Source: a virus
Taxonomy: Duplodnaviria > Caudoviricetes
Virus record (IMG/VR): IMGVR_UViG_3300029787_000057
Location: 1-56,332 of that record
Reading direction: 5' to 3' (one strand)
Length of the DNA stretch: 56,332 bases
In this document: positions 15,957 through 26,396 of the stretch, piece by piece
How the letters are laid out: each line of letters opens with the position of its first letter
How positions within the stretch are numbered: the first letter of the stretch is position 1
The notes under the pieces: generated by a model
What the model saw: only the letters and a program-made list of their open reading frames with translations
The model's database searches: none
What the model was told of the DNA's origin: nothing
Position numbers and translations under genes: made by a program

Positions 15957-16381
15957 TGGAGATCAGATTAGATTTTGATAAAAGCAGTGGATGTCAGATC
16001 GTTAACATCCTCTGCTTGAGTCATCCATCAAGAGCGGGAGAGCTAGAGCATCTTATGAAAGATGAGACTGGCGTGACGGTCAAGATAAGCAAAAGAAAGA
16101 AAGACCGATCAAGATCTCAAGAGAACTACTACCGTAAATGGAGCAGGGAGTTTGGAAAGTTCTGTGGACTGGCACCAGATGAAATACATGACGAGCTTTT
16201 GTGTATGACGTTTGGCAGTGACGAGTTCGTAACTAAATTTGGAACGACAAGAAGAAGGCCACACCAGAGAAGCTCAGACTGTACAACATCAACGTATGCT
16301 GATTTGATTGATACTCTTATTAGAATCAGCGCAGAGATGGGCTTTAAGGTGCCACCACCACATGAACAAGATAACTATTGA
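15956..16381 (+). CDS. NinB/Orf-like recombination protein
   Basis: RSRSQ.NYY.W, H, SS..T...Y..LID.....A.MG motifs. Confidence 0.7.
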   Translation: MEIRLDFDKSSGCQIVNILCLSHPSRAGELEHLMKDETGVTVKISKRKKDRSRSQENYYRKWSREFGKFCGLAPDEIHDELLCMTFGSDEFVTKFGTTRRRPHQRSSDCTTSTYADLIDTLIRISAEMGFKVPPPHEQDNY

Positions 16382-16502
16382 ATTAGATCTGGATAATCCA
16401 GAGATCACTAATTTAGCTTTGAGTGCCATTGAAACTCTGAAGTTGATCATACAACTCGCAGAGAAGGCCAGAGAAGATGAAGAAGAAGATATTCAAGTCT
16501 AA
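16362..16502 (+). CDS. Small hypothetical protein
   Basis: MNKITIELDL... fills the gap between neighbours. Confidence 0.55.
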   Translation: MNKITIELDLDNPEITNLALSAIETLKLIIQLAEKAREDEEEDIQV

Positions 16503-16791
16503 GAAGCACTTACAAGAAGTATCTGAAATGTATTGTTGTATAACAGACTTCTCTTGTGGGGGTGACGTTCAGGCACACCACTTGCTCAAACCTTGGACTG
16601 GAGGTAGGGGTATGGGCATGAGAGCCTCTGACGAGAACGTGATACCGCTATGCCAGCATCATCACGCTGTACTTCATGATCAGGTAGGCAATGAGTTTAA
16701 GTTCTTTGTTAAGTATGGAAGGAAAGAAACATTCGGTCAGGAACTTGCGAGGGATTTGTATGAGCAGTTTGAAAGCAGGAATGGATCGTAA
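16477..16791 (+). CDS. HNH-like Zn-binding nuclease (DUF968-like)
   Basis: K.HL..V...CC, AHHL, GMG.RA.D...IPLC..HH..LH. Confidence 0.8.
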   Translation: MKKKIFKSKKHLQEVSEMYCCITDFSCGGDVQAHHLLKPWTGGRGMGMRASDENVIPLCQHHHAVLHDQVGNEFKFFVKYGRKETFGQELARDLYEQFESRNGS

Positions 16792-17320
16792 AGAGCATTA
16801 CGAAATGCGGATCGGCGGGTCTTCTCTATCGGAAAAGATGATCGCCACTTGGATGCTACTCAACAACAAAGAGAACTGTGTGAAGGTATTTAACAAAACC
16901 ATAACGCCAGACTTTGAATCTCGTATGGATCATGTTGATTCAGGTGACTTGCTTGTCAACGGAAGGAAGATAGAGATCAAGCACTCATCCAGATCGTTTC
17001 AGTATGGACACTGGCCTTTTGATAAGTTCTTCATTTGCAACAAGAATAGTTTTGATCGGGCATATCCAGAGCCATCGTTTTACTTTGTGATAAACAAAGA
17101 GATGACTGTGGCAGCGGTAGTTAACGTATCAACCACCAGAGATCGCTGGACAGTGGAAAAGGTAAGCGATAGAGATAGGCCGGGAGGAGACAACTATCTA
17201 GCATATTGTCTCCCATTAGACGATATTATTTGGCAGAATATTGGGAATGATACGCTATTCCCAAAGTATCAGATTACGTTCTCAGAAAGCATGGAGATAG
17301 TTTCATGTGGAACGGTTTAG
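16781..17320 (+). CDS. PD-(D/E)xK restriction-endonuclease-fold protein
   Basis: D.GDLLVNGRKIEIK catalytic motif. Confidence 0.7.
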   Translation: MDRKEHYEMRIGGSSLSEKMIATWMLLNNKENCVKVFNKTITPDFESRMDHVDSGDLLVNGRKIEIKHSSRSFQYGHWPFDKFFICNKNSFDRAYPEPSFYFVINKEMTVAAVVNVSTTRDRWTVEKVSDRDRPGGDNYLAYCLPLDDIIWQNIGNDTLFPKYQITFSESMEIVSCGTV

Positions 17321-17384
17321 ACCAAGGGGATTTCATCACCCCCTTCCAGCACGTTCCCCGTCCGTGTGGTCTAGCAGACGGGGG
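17318..17384 (+). ncRNA. Three-way-junction pseudoknot RNA, copy 1
   Basis: P1 TAGACC(A)/(T)GGTCTA, P2 AGGGG/CCCCT, P3 CACG/CGTG; loop CCCCGTC pairs with downstream GACGGGG. Confidence 0.7.
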
Positions 17385-17408
17385 CTATTTTATGTAGGAT
17401 TTTGAATA

Positions 17409-17473
17409 GGTCAGGGGAGCACATTACTCCGCTTCCTTAGAACTACTCCCCCAGTAGTAGGGCCGAAACTGGG
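17409..17473 (+). ncRNA. Three-way-junction pseudoknot RNA, copy 2
   Basis: P1 GGTC/GGCC, P2 AGGGGAGC/GCTTCCTT, P3 CTAC/GTAG; loop CCCAGT pairs with ACTGGG. Confidence 0.65.
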
Positions 17474-17480
17474 AAGAATT

Positions 17481-17548
17481 TAGGTCAGGCGTTCCCCTTA
17501 CAAGAACGTGACACATCTGAAGCCGCCCAGATCTGGCCTAGAGGCGGC
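17481..17548 (+). ncRNA. Three-way-junction pseudoknot RNA, copy 3
   Basis: P1 TAGGTCAG/CTGGCCTA, P2 GCGTTC/GAACGT, P3 ATCTG/CAGAT; loop GCCGCC pairs with GGCGGC. Confidence 0.72.
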
Positions 17549-17551
17549 ATT

Positions 17552-20500
17552 CTACTTATCTTGTCCTACGATGTAACTGAATCTTTTATTGAAGCGATCA
17601 TAAGCTTGCTTCTTTAACTGCAATAATTTTTCTTCTTCATCCATATATCTCTTAGCGTTATCAGGGCTTTTCGCTGACAAAGATCTTAATTGTGTAAGCC
17701 TCTCGTTTATCGCTCTAATACGTTTGTCGGTTGCTTTCATAGCAGATTCCATCGAGAGATATGGCTGATTCTCTTTGATGTAAGCCGTTCGTTCTGCACC
17801 TCTTAACACGTTTCTAGTTTGATTTGCTTTTCGTTTTATATCAGCGGATCGCTCGTAAAAGTCCTGCTGGCTAGTCCTGTGATCTACTTCACCAAGCACC
17901 CTTCTAAGAAACGGTATTTGATTTACTGATATGTTTTCATCATTAGCAAACTTATCAAAAGCCGTCTTTGTTCTAAGGGCAGTGGCACCCATACCACCCA
18001 ATGAGAAGTTAAACAGATGCTGTAGCTTGTCAGGAGATATATCCATCAAGCCTCCGGCTCCCGGCTCACTCTCGTTGCCGCCTCCTAATCCATTTATAAA
18101 CTTAGCTAGGTTCTTGAAGTATTCGTTTGTGGAAGCTTTTGATAACTGTGATTCAGGTAGATCTGTGCCAAAAGGGAAGTTCTCTGTATAAACAGGTGAG
18201 CCGAAAAAGTTTTCGTTTACCGCTATCTCAACAAAAGGATCCAGAGCTGTCGGGCTACCCGTCTTTAATAGCTGTGTAGAGAAGTCTTGAGATGATGCAA
18301 AACCAATCGGGTTGAAAGACCCCATTAATGTTTTAGTTACCATCGTTGCTGCTTTCTCTGGAGATTTTAATCCAGACAACGACTCAAAAATGTTTTGTCC
18401 CATCACATGAAATGCGTTGTAGCCGTATGGCAAAGGTATTTTGAAGTAATCCTTACCATTAGGTTGCATGATTATGATATTCCTTTCCTTCTCAAACTCA
18501 GGAATATTCATGTAAAAGGACTTGCCGTTTTCGTCTTCGTCACTCATTGCTTCTGCTAATGCAGCAGCCAAAGCACCGGCACCTACCATAGACCCAACTA
18601 TTTTCTGCTTGAGTCTTGAAGCCCGTGGATCAAATACATTTAACCCTCTCGCAAAGTTTAATGTGCCTTGAACAGAAGCATTGAAGAATAGATACAGGCT
18701 GTTTAGTGTAGGGCCGAGATCACCAGATCTATTAAAGTTTACAGTTAGGTTCTTAGCTAGTGTGGCGGCTTTGGCAATAGCCTCATCACGAGGTATGCCT
18801 TTCTCTATGAACTGATCTCTTGCTGCTTTGAAAGAAGCAAAACGAACACCATTCTCTACAGCCGAATTTCCGTCTTCAACATAATCTAAAATTGTATCTT
18901 TAGCCTGAACAACATTACCTTTGAATGTTCCTTTACTCATCTCCATTAAGCTTTCTATGGTCTTCAGTTCCTCTTGTGGAGGTCTGCTATGAAACCAATC
19001 TGCTTTTGCACCGGCACTTATGTATTCTTTGTAATCTTGTTGCTCTTGTTCTGTTTGATTGGCACTGTTTCTAAAGCCTTTGTAAAAAGCTTTGATACTT
19101 GGGAACGTATCTTTGACTACCTGTTTGACTATCTTGGTATCTTCAGCTTTACCCGCTGGCATAGATTGCTCACCAAGTATGTTATAAACCGCTGTCTGTA
19201 TGTCCCTAGCAAAGTTACCCACAACGAACTCAGGGTTAAAAGATGTGTTTACCATCGAGAAGAATCTGTTAACCGTACCCAATGTTTGTATTATCTTGCT
19301 GGTGTTATCGGCATCTAAATTCAACAAAGCCTTTTTCAGATCAGGATCTTTGATTTCTATGAAAGCTTGCTCTCCGTTTATCTTTACACCAAAAAGATCT
19401 GGATTTGTTCTACCAACTTCTTTTGCGCTTTTTGCGGTTAGCTTTGTTCTTCTTACATAATTCTTTCTTTCTTCTTTAGATGTGCCTTCAGGTATGTTTG
19501 CTACCTTTTGACCAGTTGGTATATAGGTATAAGAACTTTCAACTATGCGATCAAACTTAGGATTTTTAGCATCAACAACTTCCCAAACATCTGTGTTGGG
19601 ATTTTCTTTTGCTAAGTCGTACAGCCTCTGACCTATGTTGACATTCTTAGCTGCTCTAGCTATTTGTCTATTTCTGTCTGCTATTAGTGTCGCCAGTGGA
19701 GATTCTGCCGCAGACTTTCTTCCCAAAGCTCTCTTTCCTTCTGCACCTTTGGTGCCAAGGTTGCCACTTGTCCCGGCAGTTGCAGAGTACAACTCAGCAA
19801 AGTCATCCTCGACTGCCTTGCCTTTCAGCGGGACGTAATACTTAAATAGACCAGACAACATATCGTGATCTTCTTGCGAGTGCAGCCCAGACTCTAATTG
19901 TAGATCCAGTGTGCCTTGTATGATCGCATCTGTTTTTTTAGCAATCTTTTCTAATTCTTTTGCTCTCTTGTTACCGCCAGTCCACTCGCCTTTACTATCA
20001 TTCCAGTCGAGATTGAACTCTTCTTTCATTCTTTTTTTGACATAATCATTTGTCAAACGCACTTCTTGATCACCAACCAATATTGAACCAGCACCACCAT
20101 CAGCAAAGTTTTTTGGATCAACTTCAGAAATCCTTTTATTTCTCTCTACTGCATGACGCAAGGCTAGATAGTCATCAAACTCTTTTCTTGCCTCTTGTGT
20201 GCTTTTTTCAGTATTGATCGCAACCAGATCTTCAACAATCGGATCAATCTCTTCTCTTTGAAACACCCTTGAGGTTTCTCCAACCTTACCGGCTATAGAC
20301 TCCTCACCAAGATAAGCTGACTTGAGTGCCGGTATAGGAGGCATACCAAGTTTTTCTCTGCCAGCATTTATTGCTTCCTCTATCTTTTTTAATCCGATCA
20401 GCTTGTCAGCAAACTGAAAGATAAACCTGTCACCCCTAGTAGTAGTAGGTGTTTCAAAGGATGCAAACTCATCTGGAGGTAAGTTTCTTTCTGCTCGATC

Positions 20501-23272
20501 AACAGTCTCTGCCTCAATCACCTCTTCTACAGTGGCATTACCAACCTCGCTGGGAGGTAAAGATTGTTTTACTTGATCAACACTTCTTTTTGCTTGTCCT
20601 GTTTTGACACTAGCTTCCTGTTGACCCTTGGTTTCTATTTGTTTTGCTCTTACCTCTACAGGGAATCCAAATGTTTCATCCAGCACAACAGGGGGCTGAG
20701 TAACTTCTGGCTCTGCTTCTAAGGTAGGCTCTGGGGCTGGTGCTTGCTCTGGTCTAGCAGGGGATGGTGCCAGTACCTTGCCTCGCTTGTTTATAACTCC
20801 CTGCTCTACAAGCTCCTCTCTCAAGCTCAAAACTTTTTTGTTTGTCAGAGAGTCTTGATCTAGCAATCCAGAAGCTTGGCGAATGGTGTTTATACCGCTA
20901 TCGCCACTATCGTTTATGGCACTCTTCGCAGCGTTAAACTGTTGTCTTGTAAAAGGTTTTATCCGAAAGAAGTTTTTCGGTAACTTGGTAGGTTTATCAA
21001 ACTTGGGTAAGGCTCTGAGCTTGTAATAAAAAAGCTCTCTTTCTGGAGTGGTCATCTTGCCTATATCGCTCTTGCCGACAAACGACTTAGCTATAGCCTT
21101 AACTTCTCTTGAGTTTACTTTGGCATCTATGTTCTTGTTGTTTAGGAGATTCTGTATCTCTGTAGCAGCACCACCACCCTCAAGATCAGCTATACCTCTA
21201 GGAACTGGACCTGTGCCAATCGCCTGATTTTGTTTGTTAGCAAAGTTGGTTGCATCTCTTTGGGACGTAAACTTAACTAAAGAATCTGGGTTGATACCTT
21301 CTCTTTCGGCTTGCGCTTTTTCTCTCTCGTTTCTTGGGCGAAAGCTAGTGGTCTTACCATCAGTTGATATTACCGCTGGCTCACCTTTTTCATTTCTAGT
21401 TGACTGATAGCTTTCTGATTCTGTTCTAGCCTTAACCTGAATGCCAATCAAATCCTGCATCTGATCAGGATTTAGAATTTTAGCAGCTTCTTCAAACGTG
21501 AAAGAGTCAGACTCAGGCAGACCATCTCTGTATCTGTCTAGGTTCAACTGCATAGAGGCGGGGAGATCAGATCTATTTATTGATTTGCGCCCTGTGCGCT
21601 CTATGATCTCTTCAAAGGTAACTGTTTCTGGGAAGGAGACAATCTTTCCATCTTTGTCTTCAACGAGGAATGTGGTTCCAGCGGCCTCATTTAGCGAGGC
21701 AGCGGTTACTGTGTTGGCTTCAGGCTCTAATACTCGCTTATGTACTCTGTATAGCTTGCCAGCTTGCTCTGTATCGTAGGTTTCTGGAGAAATATCCATA
21801 GCGTCAGTGGCTTGTTGCATGACGTTTTTAGATATGACTTTTTTGTTTAGACCATCTAAGAGTTTGACAGCATCTTCTTTCTTAACTGGCACACCGAATC
21901 TTTGATCTGTAGAGGTTTCAAAAACCTCAAACATAGCTTCTTCTTGACCAGTAGTAGGATCTACAGCAACAGATTCTCTTACATCAAACTTTGCGCTAGA
22001 TGGGAAGTAAGCACCCATGCTAGTTTCTATGATTGATGCGTAATCTTGCCCTCTTCTTGGGGGTATTCCGTCAGGACTTGCTTCAGCCCTTCTTCTTTCC
22101 CTTATCTCTGCTTCTCTTGCGGCTAAAGTCTGTGCATCAAATGTAGCCGTTTCTGCCTCAAGCCCAGCTTGACCAGCCTCTACAGCAGCTTGATTTAAAG
22201 CATCTACTGTTTGAGCTAATTCTTGTTGTATCTCAGCTTCTTCTCTAACAGTCTGCTCTGCTGTCTGCTGATCTTGCTCTTCTTGTTCAGCAAAATCTTG
22301 ATCTTTTGCTTTTTCAGAATCAACAGATGTTTGTCTTCTTCTTCCGGCAGCGGAGGTCAACACCAAATCAGCTAACGCACCAGTGGCACCACCAACAGTT
22401 AGATCGTCCATAAACGATCCACCGACAGGTAGGTTCTCGTTATATAAGCCCTGCTCTATCAGGTCTTGTGCAATCCCAGCACTAGCCTCTTGCACAGCCT
22501 CAGTTGATCCCGAAGCCAATGCGCTTTTTACTCTTCTTACCGCTTCCCTTTTAATATCGTCACTGGCTATGCGATCAAATCGTTTGAATAGATTTATAGG
22601 GAGTATTAACTCAGACAAGCCAACAGCCGCACCGCTGACTATTGCCTGATCTTCAGTCATATTATCTACATTTAAACCAGCATCTCTAGCTGCTTGTATT
22701 CTTTGTGCCTGATCACCAGCACCAGCACCAACAGCGAGTGCTCCAGCACCACCGTACTCTATGGCTTTCATAGTTTTGCCAGCAGTGCCAGCAACACGAG
22801 CAATGACTCCGGGCGTTAGGAACGTAGCTAGTGATCCAACTCCCTCACCAAGCTTTGTAGTCCAAGCGTCTTTGTACTTCTCATCAACACCCAGAAAGCT
22901 TTCGTTTAGTGATTTGCGGCCCTCTCTAGCAAGACGAACCAACTCATTCTCTTCGCCACTGTCTATGAGATTCTCAAGACCAACAAAGTTTGTAGTGGCA
23001 TCTGCTAACTCAGCGATACCTTCAGCAGAAGATAGAAAGCCAGAAGCAAAGCCCCTTGGGACTGCTTTCAAAAACTCACCAGTCTGCCCTATTATGCTGG
23101 TTTCTTCTTCAACTTCCTCTACAACAGGAACAGACATTGGGACGGGCTGAGGATCAAAATCCTCTGCTGTAGCCCACCCTGAATTTATTGATATTTCTTT
23201 TAATTCCTCATTTGAAATATCTTCTGGAACGTCAAATACGATCCTACCGTTAGGAAGCGTTACGTCTTGCAT
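17552..23272 (-). CDS. Large internal virion/ejection protein with C-terminal LPD38-like domain
   Basis: 1906 aa, last gene of the late operon; G/A-rich amphipathic N-region; NP.F...N..RD, VNF.R.G, FFNASVQG, KIPLPYG, N.NFFG.P motifs. Confidence 0.8.
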   Translation of the reverse strand: MQDVTLPNGRIVFDVPEDISNEELKEISINSGWATAEDFDPQPVPMSVPVVEEVEEETSIIGQTGEFLKAVPRGFASGFLSSAEGIAELADATTNFVGLENLIDSGEENELVRLAREGRKSLNESFLGVDEKYKDAWTTKLGEGVGSLATFLTPGVIARVAGTAGKTMKAIEYGGAGALAVGAGAGDQAQRIQAARDAGLNVDNMTEDQAIVSGAAVGLSELILPINLFKRFDRIASDDIKREAVRRVKSALASGSTEAVQEASAGIAQDLIEQGLYNENLPVGGSFMDDLTVGGATGALADLVLTSAAGRRRQTSVDSEKAKDQDFAEQEEQDQQTAEQTVREEAEIQQELAQTVDALNQAAVEAGQAGLEAETATFDAQTLAAREAEIRERRRAEASPDGIPPRRGQDYASIIETSMGAYFPSSAKFDVRESVAVDPTTGQEEAMFEVFETSTDQRFGVPVKKEDAVKLLDGLNKKVISKNVMQQATDAMDISPETYDTEQAGKLYRVHKRVLEPEANTVTAASLNEAAGTTFLVEDKDGKIVSFPETVTFEEIIERTGRKSINRSDLPASMQLNLDRYRDGLPESDSFTFEEAAKILNPDQMQDLIGIQVKARTESESYQSTRNEKGEPAVISTDGKTTSFRPRNEREKAQAEREGINPDSLVKFTSQRDATNFANKQNQAIGTGPVPRGIADLEGGGAATEIQNLLNNKNIDAKVNSREVKAIAKSFVGKSDIGKMTTPERELFYYKLRALPKFDKPTKLPKNFFRIKPFTRQQFNAAKSAINDSGDSGINTIRQASGLLDQDSLTNKKVLSLREELVEQGVINKRGKVLAPSPARPEQAPAPEPTLEAEPEVTQPPVVLDETFGFPVEVRAKQIETKGQQEASVKTGQAKRSVDQVKQSLPPSEVGNATVEEVIEAETVDRAERNLPPDEFASFETPTTTRGDRFIFQFADKLIGLKKIEEAINAGREKLGMPPIPALKSAYLGEESIAGKVGETSRVFQREEIDPIVEDLVAINTEKSTQEARKEFDDYLALRHAVERNKRISEVDPKNFADGGAGSILVGDQEVRLTNDYVKKRMKEEFNLDWNDSKGEWTGGNKRAKELEKIAKKTDAIIQGTLDLQLESGLHSQEDHDMLSGLFKYYVPLKGKAVEDDFAELYSATAGTSGNLGTKGAEGKRALGRKSAAESPLATLIADRNRQIARAAKNVNIGQRLYDLAKENPNTDVWEVVDAKNPKFDRIVESSYTYIPTGQKVANIPEGTSKEERKNYVRRTKLTAKSAKEVGRTNPDLFGVKINGEQAFIEIKDPDLKKALLNLDADNTSKIIQTLGTVNRFFSMVNTSFNPEFVVGNFARDIQTAVYNILGEQSMPAGKAEDTKIVKQVVKDTFPSIKAFYKGFRNSANQTEQEQQDYKEYISAGAKADWFHSRPPQEELKTIESLMEMSKGTFKGNVVQAKDTILDYVEDGNSAVENGVRFASFKAARDQFIEKGIPRDEAIAKAATLAKNLTVNFNRSGDLGPTLNSLYLFFNASVQGTLNFARGLNVFDPRASRLKQKIVGSMVGAGALAAALAEAMSDEDENGKSFYMNIPEFEKERNIIIMQPNGKDYFKIPLPYGYNAFHVMGQNIFESLSGLKSPEKAATMVTKTLMGSFNPIGFASSQDFSTQLLKTGSPTALDPFVEIAVNENFFGSPVYTENFPFGTDLPESQLSKASTNEYFKNLAKFINGLGGGNESEPGAGGLMDISPDKLQHLFNFSLGGMGATALRTKTAFDKFANDENISVNQIPFLRRVLGEVDHRTSQQDFYERSADIKRKANQTRNVLRGAERTAYIKENQPYLSMESAMKATDKRIRAINERLTQLRSLSAKSPDNAKRYMDEEEKLLQLKKQAYDRFNKRFSYIVGQDK

Positions 23273-23274
23273 TA

Positions 23275-24843
23275 TTACTTCCTATCAGCAAAACTTACCG
23301 AGGGTTTGTACTCGTAAAACTCTCCAACTGACTCTCTAATTTTTCTTGTTTCACTTTCAATAAGAGCTTCTTGTTCCTCTGGATTTAACATAGCAAGTCT
23401 ATTTTGGAAGGAAGCAGAGCCTATATATTTAGCTATTGCATCACCCAACGCCTCATTGCCTTTTTGCACCTGACCTTCGTTAAATAATCTTCTAGCTTCG
23501 GTTTGTTTTTTATCTAAGATAGTCAGGTCATTTTTGAATTGATTCTCAATCTGCAAATTTCTAGCCTTTATCTCATCAGCAGAAAGATCTCTTCTTAACT
23601 GCATCTCTGCATCTGATTTAGCTATGTTCGCAGAAAACTCAGCAGCAGCTACATCTAGCTGTTGATCATAACGTTCCTGCTCTTGAGCAGATTTAAATGC
23701 TTCTATTGAGAATGATTCTCCTCTTTGTCTGGCAGCTTCAGAAAGCCTCCTAGCCTCTGCCTCTTCAGCTCTAGCTTGCGTTGACGCAGTTTGCTTGATG
23801 TCAGCAGCAGATCTTCCTGCTTTAGATAAACCACCAGCTAGATCACCAGCGGCTATGCCAGCACCCAGCTCTATTAACGCACTACTCAACATATCTTTCT
23901 TAGATTCCTTTCTTAAATCTTCTGCTCGTTCTGCTGCCTCTCTAGTGTACTGTTCTGCACTGGTATTTGCCCGATCAATCAAAGCCTGATAATTAAATTC
24001 CGCATCTGACTTCTTACCTCTTGCAGCAGCAACTTGGGCTAATGCTGTTTCTAACGGACTAACAGTGGCATCTTCTTTAACAGCGTTTGAGGTTAATTTA
24101 GATGTGTCTTGAGGTTGTATTTCAGGGCTAGAGAAAGCTTCCATTTCCTCTAGCTTTGATTCAGTTGATGGCTCTACCCCCTTCTGACTCATAGAGAAAG
24201 CAGCAATATCCTGAATGTCTTGCGCTCCTTGGGCAAAAGGATCTGGTTGTGGCGGTGAGTAAGGCAAATCTACATCATCAAACTCAGGCTCAACCTCCTC
24301 TATGTTGGCACCAAAAAATCCACCCTTTTGTTCTATATTGGGAGGAAGACCAAACTCTTCAACGTATTGCCTGTATGCACCTTGCTGTGTCTGCGTTAAA
24401 GGCTTTTCTGCGTACAACCTACCAGTCATGTTTTGGAACGCTTTCTTTCTTCTTCCTTCAAGATCAAAGATAGTATCCTTCAAAGGGTCTTCGCCAAAAA
24501 GTTTGATCGGCTGTCTGCTTATACCCATACCACCGCCATACATACCTACAACACCACCAGCAGCCATCTGCTGTGGCATCTGTTGAGGTTGCATAGGCAT
24601 AGGAGCTTGCATTTGAGGAGGAGGTGCCAGTGAAGCCAAGCCTTCATCAACTATTCTATCTGATACCGATCCTTGAGGTTGTTGCTTTTGAGCCTCAAAA
24701 CGCTTTCGCATATCCGTTCTGCGCTGTATCTCACTAACAACAAGAAACTGTGGAACCTGACTGCTTGGCTGTCTCGCCAACATTTGAAGAGTCTGATCAG
24801 GCATACCCTTAACGTCATCTTCCATTTGTATAATGTTTTGCAT
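23275..24843 (-). CDS. Internal virion (ejection) protein
   Basis: Position; Q/A-rich coiled coil; MAAGG motif. Confidence 0.65.
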   Translation of the reverse strand: MQNIIQMEDDVKGMPDQTLQMLARQPSSQVPQFLVVSEIQRRTDMRKRFEAQKQQPQGSVSDRIVDEGLASLAPPPQMQAPMPMQPQQMPQQMAAGGVVGMYGGGMGISRQPIKLFGEDPLKDTIFDLEGRRKKAFQNMTGRLYAEKPLTQTQQGAYRQYVEEFGLPPNIEQKGGFFGANIEEVEPEFDDVDLPYSPPQPDPFAQGAQDIQDIAAFSMSQKGVEPSTESKLEEMEAFSSPEIQPQDTSKLTSNAVKEDATVSPLETALAQVAAARGKKSDAEFNYQALIDRANTSAEQYTREAAERAEDLRKESKKDMLSSALIELGAGIAAGDLAGGLSKAGRSAADIKQTASTQARAEEAEARRLSEAARQRGESFSIEAFKSAQEQERYDQQLDVAAAEFSANIAKSDAEMQLRRDLSADEIKARNLQIENQFKNDLTILDKKQTEARRLFNEGQVQKGNEALGDAIAKYIGSASFQNRLAMLNPEEQEALIESETRKIRESVGEFYEYKPSVSFADRK

Positions 24844-24845
24844 AT

Positions 24846-26396
24846 TTACGTTCCCAGTGCTTTATACAGACCCACACCACCAATACCGGCACCAAGCAAC
24901 GACTGAGCCTCTGTAGGCCCAACACCGAATGAAGCCATAGTGCTTCCGGGTGTAACGGGCAAACCTTGCAACATATTGCTGAAGAATCCGATCTGCTCTC
25001 TTGGGAATGCCTGTTGACGCAAGAAGTCTTGATAACCAATATCCAAACCTCTTTGAGCCAACTGTCTTTGTATTTCCCCAGCAGCTTGTAGATTCTGCAA
25101 TCTATCAAAGCCCATCGCTTGCTCTTGACCGCCTAGAGAGCTTAATAACCTTGCAGCATCTAAAGCTTGACCTCTTGTTGCCTGATCAGCCTGTAGTCCA
25201 GCCAACCCAAGCTGTGCTCGATCTTGAGCTGCTTGAACATTGAACTCTCTGGATCTCATCCTCGCTTCGTTATCTGCTTGTCTTGCTCTTTCTTCAATCT
25301 CTTGAGCAGAAAGACCCAACTGTGCCGCTTGTTGCCTAGCAGCTTCACTAGCCTGAAAAGCAGTTCTATCTTCTTGTTGTTGTGCCAGCCTAAGCTGCTC
25401 GTTTTGTTGAAATTGTTGCTGCGTAAAGTCTTCTTGCGCTCGTTGAGCCGCATCTTCTTGCTGTTGTGCGGTAAGTCCAAGTTGAGCCGCTTGCTGTCTG
25501 GCACCTTCTCCAGCTTGAAATGCTGACTGTCTGAGCTGCTCTGCTTGCTGCAAGGCTCTTTGTTGTTCAGTGCCAGTTTGTAAGCCAAGTTGCGCTTGCT
25601 GTAGTCTAGCCGCTCTGTCTGTCTCAAACGCTCTCTGCGCCTGATCAAACGCTGCCTGACCGCCTCTAGATTGTATATCAGCTAGTTGCTGACCTAAATT
25701 TCTTTCTCTTTCTGCTTGCAGAATACCTTCTCGATATCCACCAAGACCGCCAGCCATTGCAGCTTGTTGACTTATCTCTGCTGCCTGAGTGTCTGAAGCT
25801 CTTTTAGCCTCTCTTTTTTCAATATCTGTAACTAACTGCTGGTATGGATTCATGTAGCTTTGGATCGTTGCAGCGTCTGATACAGTTCCTGCTTGAAATC
25901 CGGGGCCAAAGTCAGCTTGACCTGTATATTGAGTTTGAATATCTCCTGCCGTGTAGCCCGGATCAAACTGACCAGCCTGATAACCAACACCTCGCTGACC
26001 GGCTTGGAATCCCTGACCTAGATCACCAGCAGCATAGTCGGCAGTTATATCCCCAGCCTGATAACCAGAAAACTGAGCTTGAGGAGTAAAGCCTTGAGCT
26101 ATGTTTAGCCCTAGATTTGATGGTTGAAAGCCTATTTGGGTAGCTATGTCACTGGCAGATCGGATCTGTTGTGGAGCACCAGCACCAGCCATCTCTGCTA
26201 TGCCCGTCATAGCTGTTTGTTCAAAAGGATTGAACTCAGCTAGTCTTTGTCCGGGGAACGCCTCATAAGGTCTTGTGCTCTCGTAAACGGTACGACCAAG
26301 CATCTCTTCATAGAACGGCTTTGCATACTCAGGAAGATTAGTCTGAGTAACTGTACTCTCTTGGGGGCCACTAGGTGCTTTGCTACCTTTACCCAT
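24846..26396 (-). CDS. Internal virion/DNA pilot-like protein, Q-rich
   Basis: MGKG start, YMNPY motif, Q/A repeats, Gly-rich C-terminus. Confidence 0.7.
   Translation of the reverse strand: MGKGSKAPSGPQESTVTQTNLPEYAKPFYEEMLGRTVYESTRPYEAFPGQRLAEFNPFEQTAMTGIAEMAGAGAPQQIRSASDIATQIGFQPSNLGLNIAQGFTPQAQFSGYQAGDITADYAAGDLGQGFQAGQRGVGYQAGQFDPGYTAGDIQTQYTGQADFGPGFQAGTVSDAATIQSYMNPYQQLVTDIEKREAKRASDTQAAEISQQAAMAGGLGGYREGILQAERERNLGQQLADIQSRGGQAAFDQAQRAFETDRAARLQQAQLGLQTGTEQQRALQQAEQLRQSAFQAGEGARQQAAQLGLTAQQQEDAAQRAQEDFTQQQFQQNEQLRLAQQQEDRTAFQASEAARQQAAQLGLSAQEIEERARQADNEARMRSREFNVQAAQDRAQLGLAGLQADQATRGQALDAARLLSSLGGQEQAMGFDRLQNLQAAGEIQRQLAQRGLDIGYQDFLRQQAFPREQIGFFSNMLQGLPVTPGSTMASFGVGPTEAQSLLGAGIGGVGLYKALGT

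Noticed and set aside
17318-17548. HDV-like (theta) ribozymes or tRNAs
   Set aside because: Helix order differs from the HDV nested double pseudoknot (no P1.1 GG, P4 or catalytic C strand); no T-loop or anticodon cloverleaf
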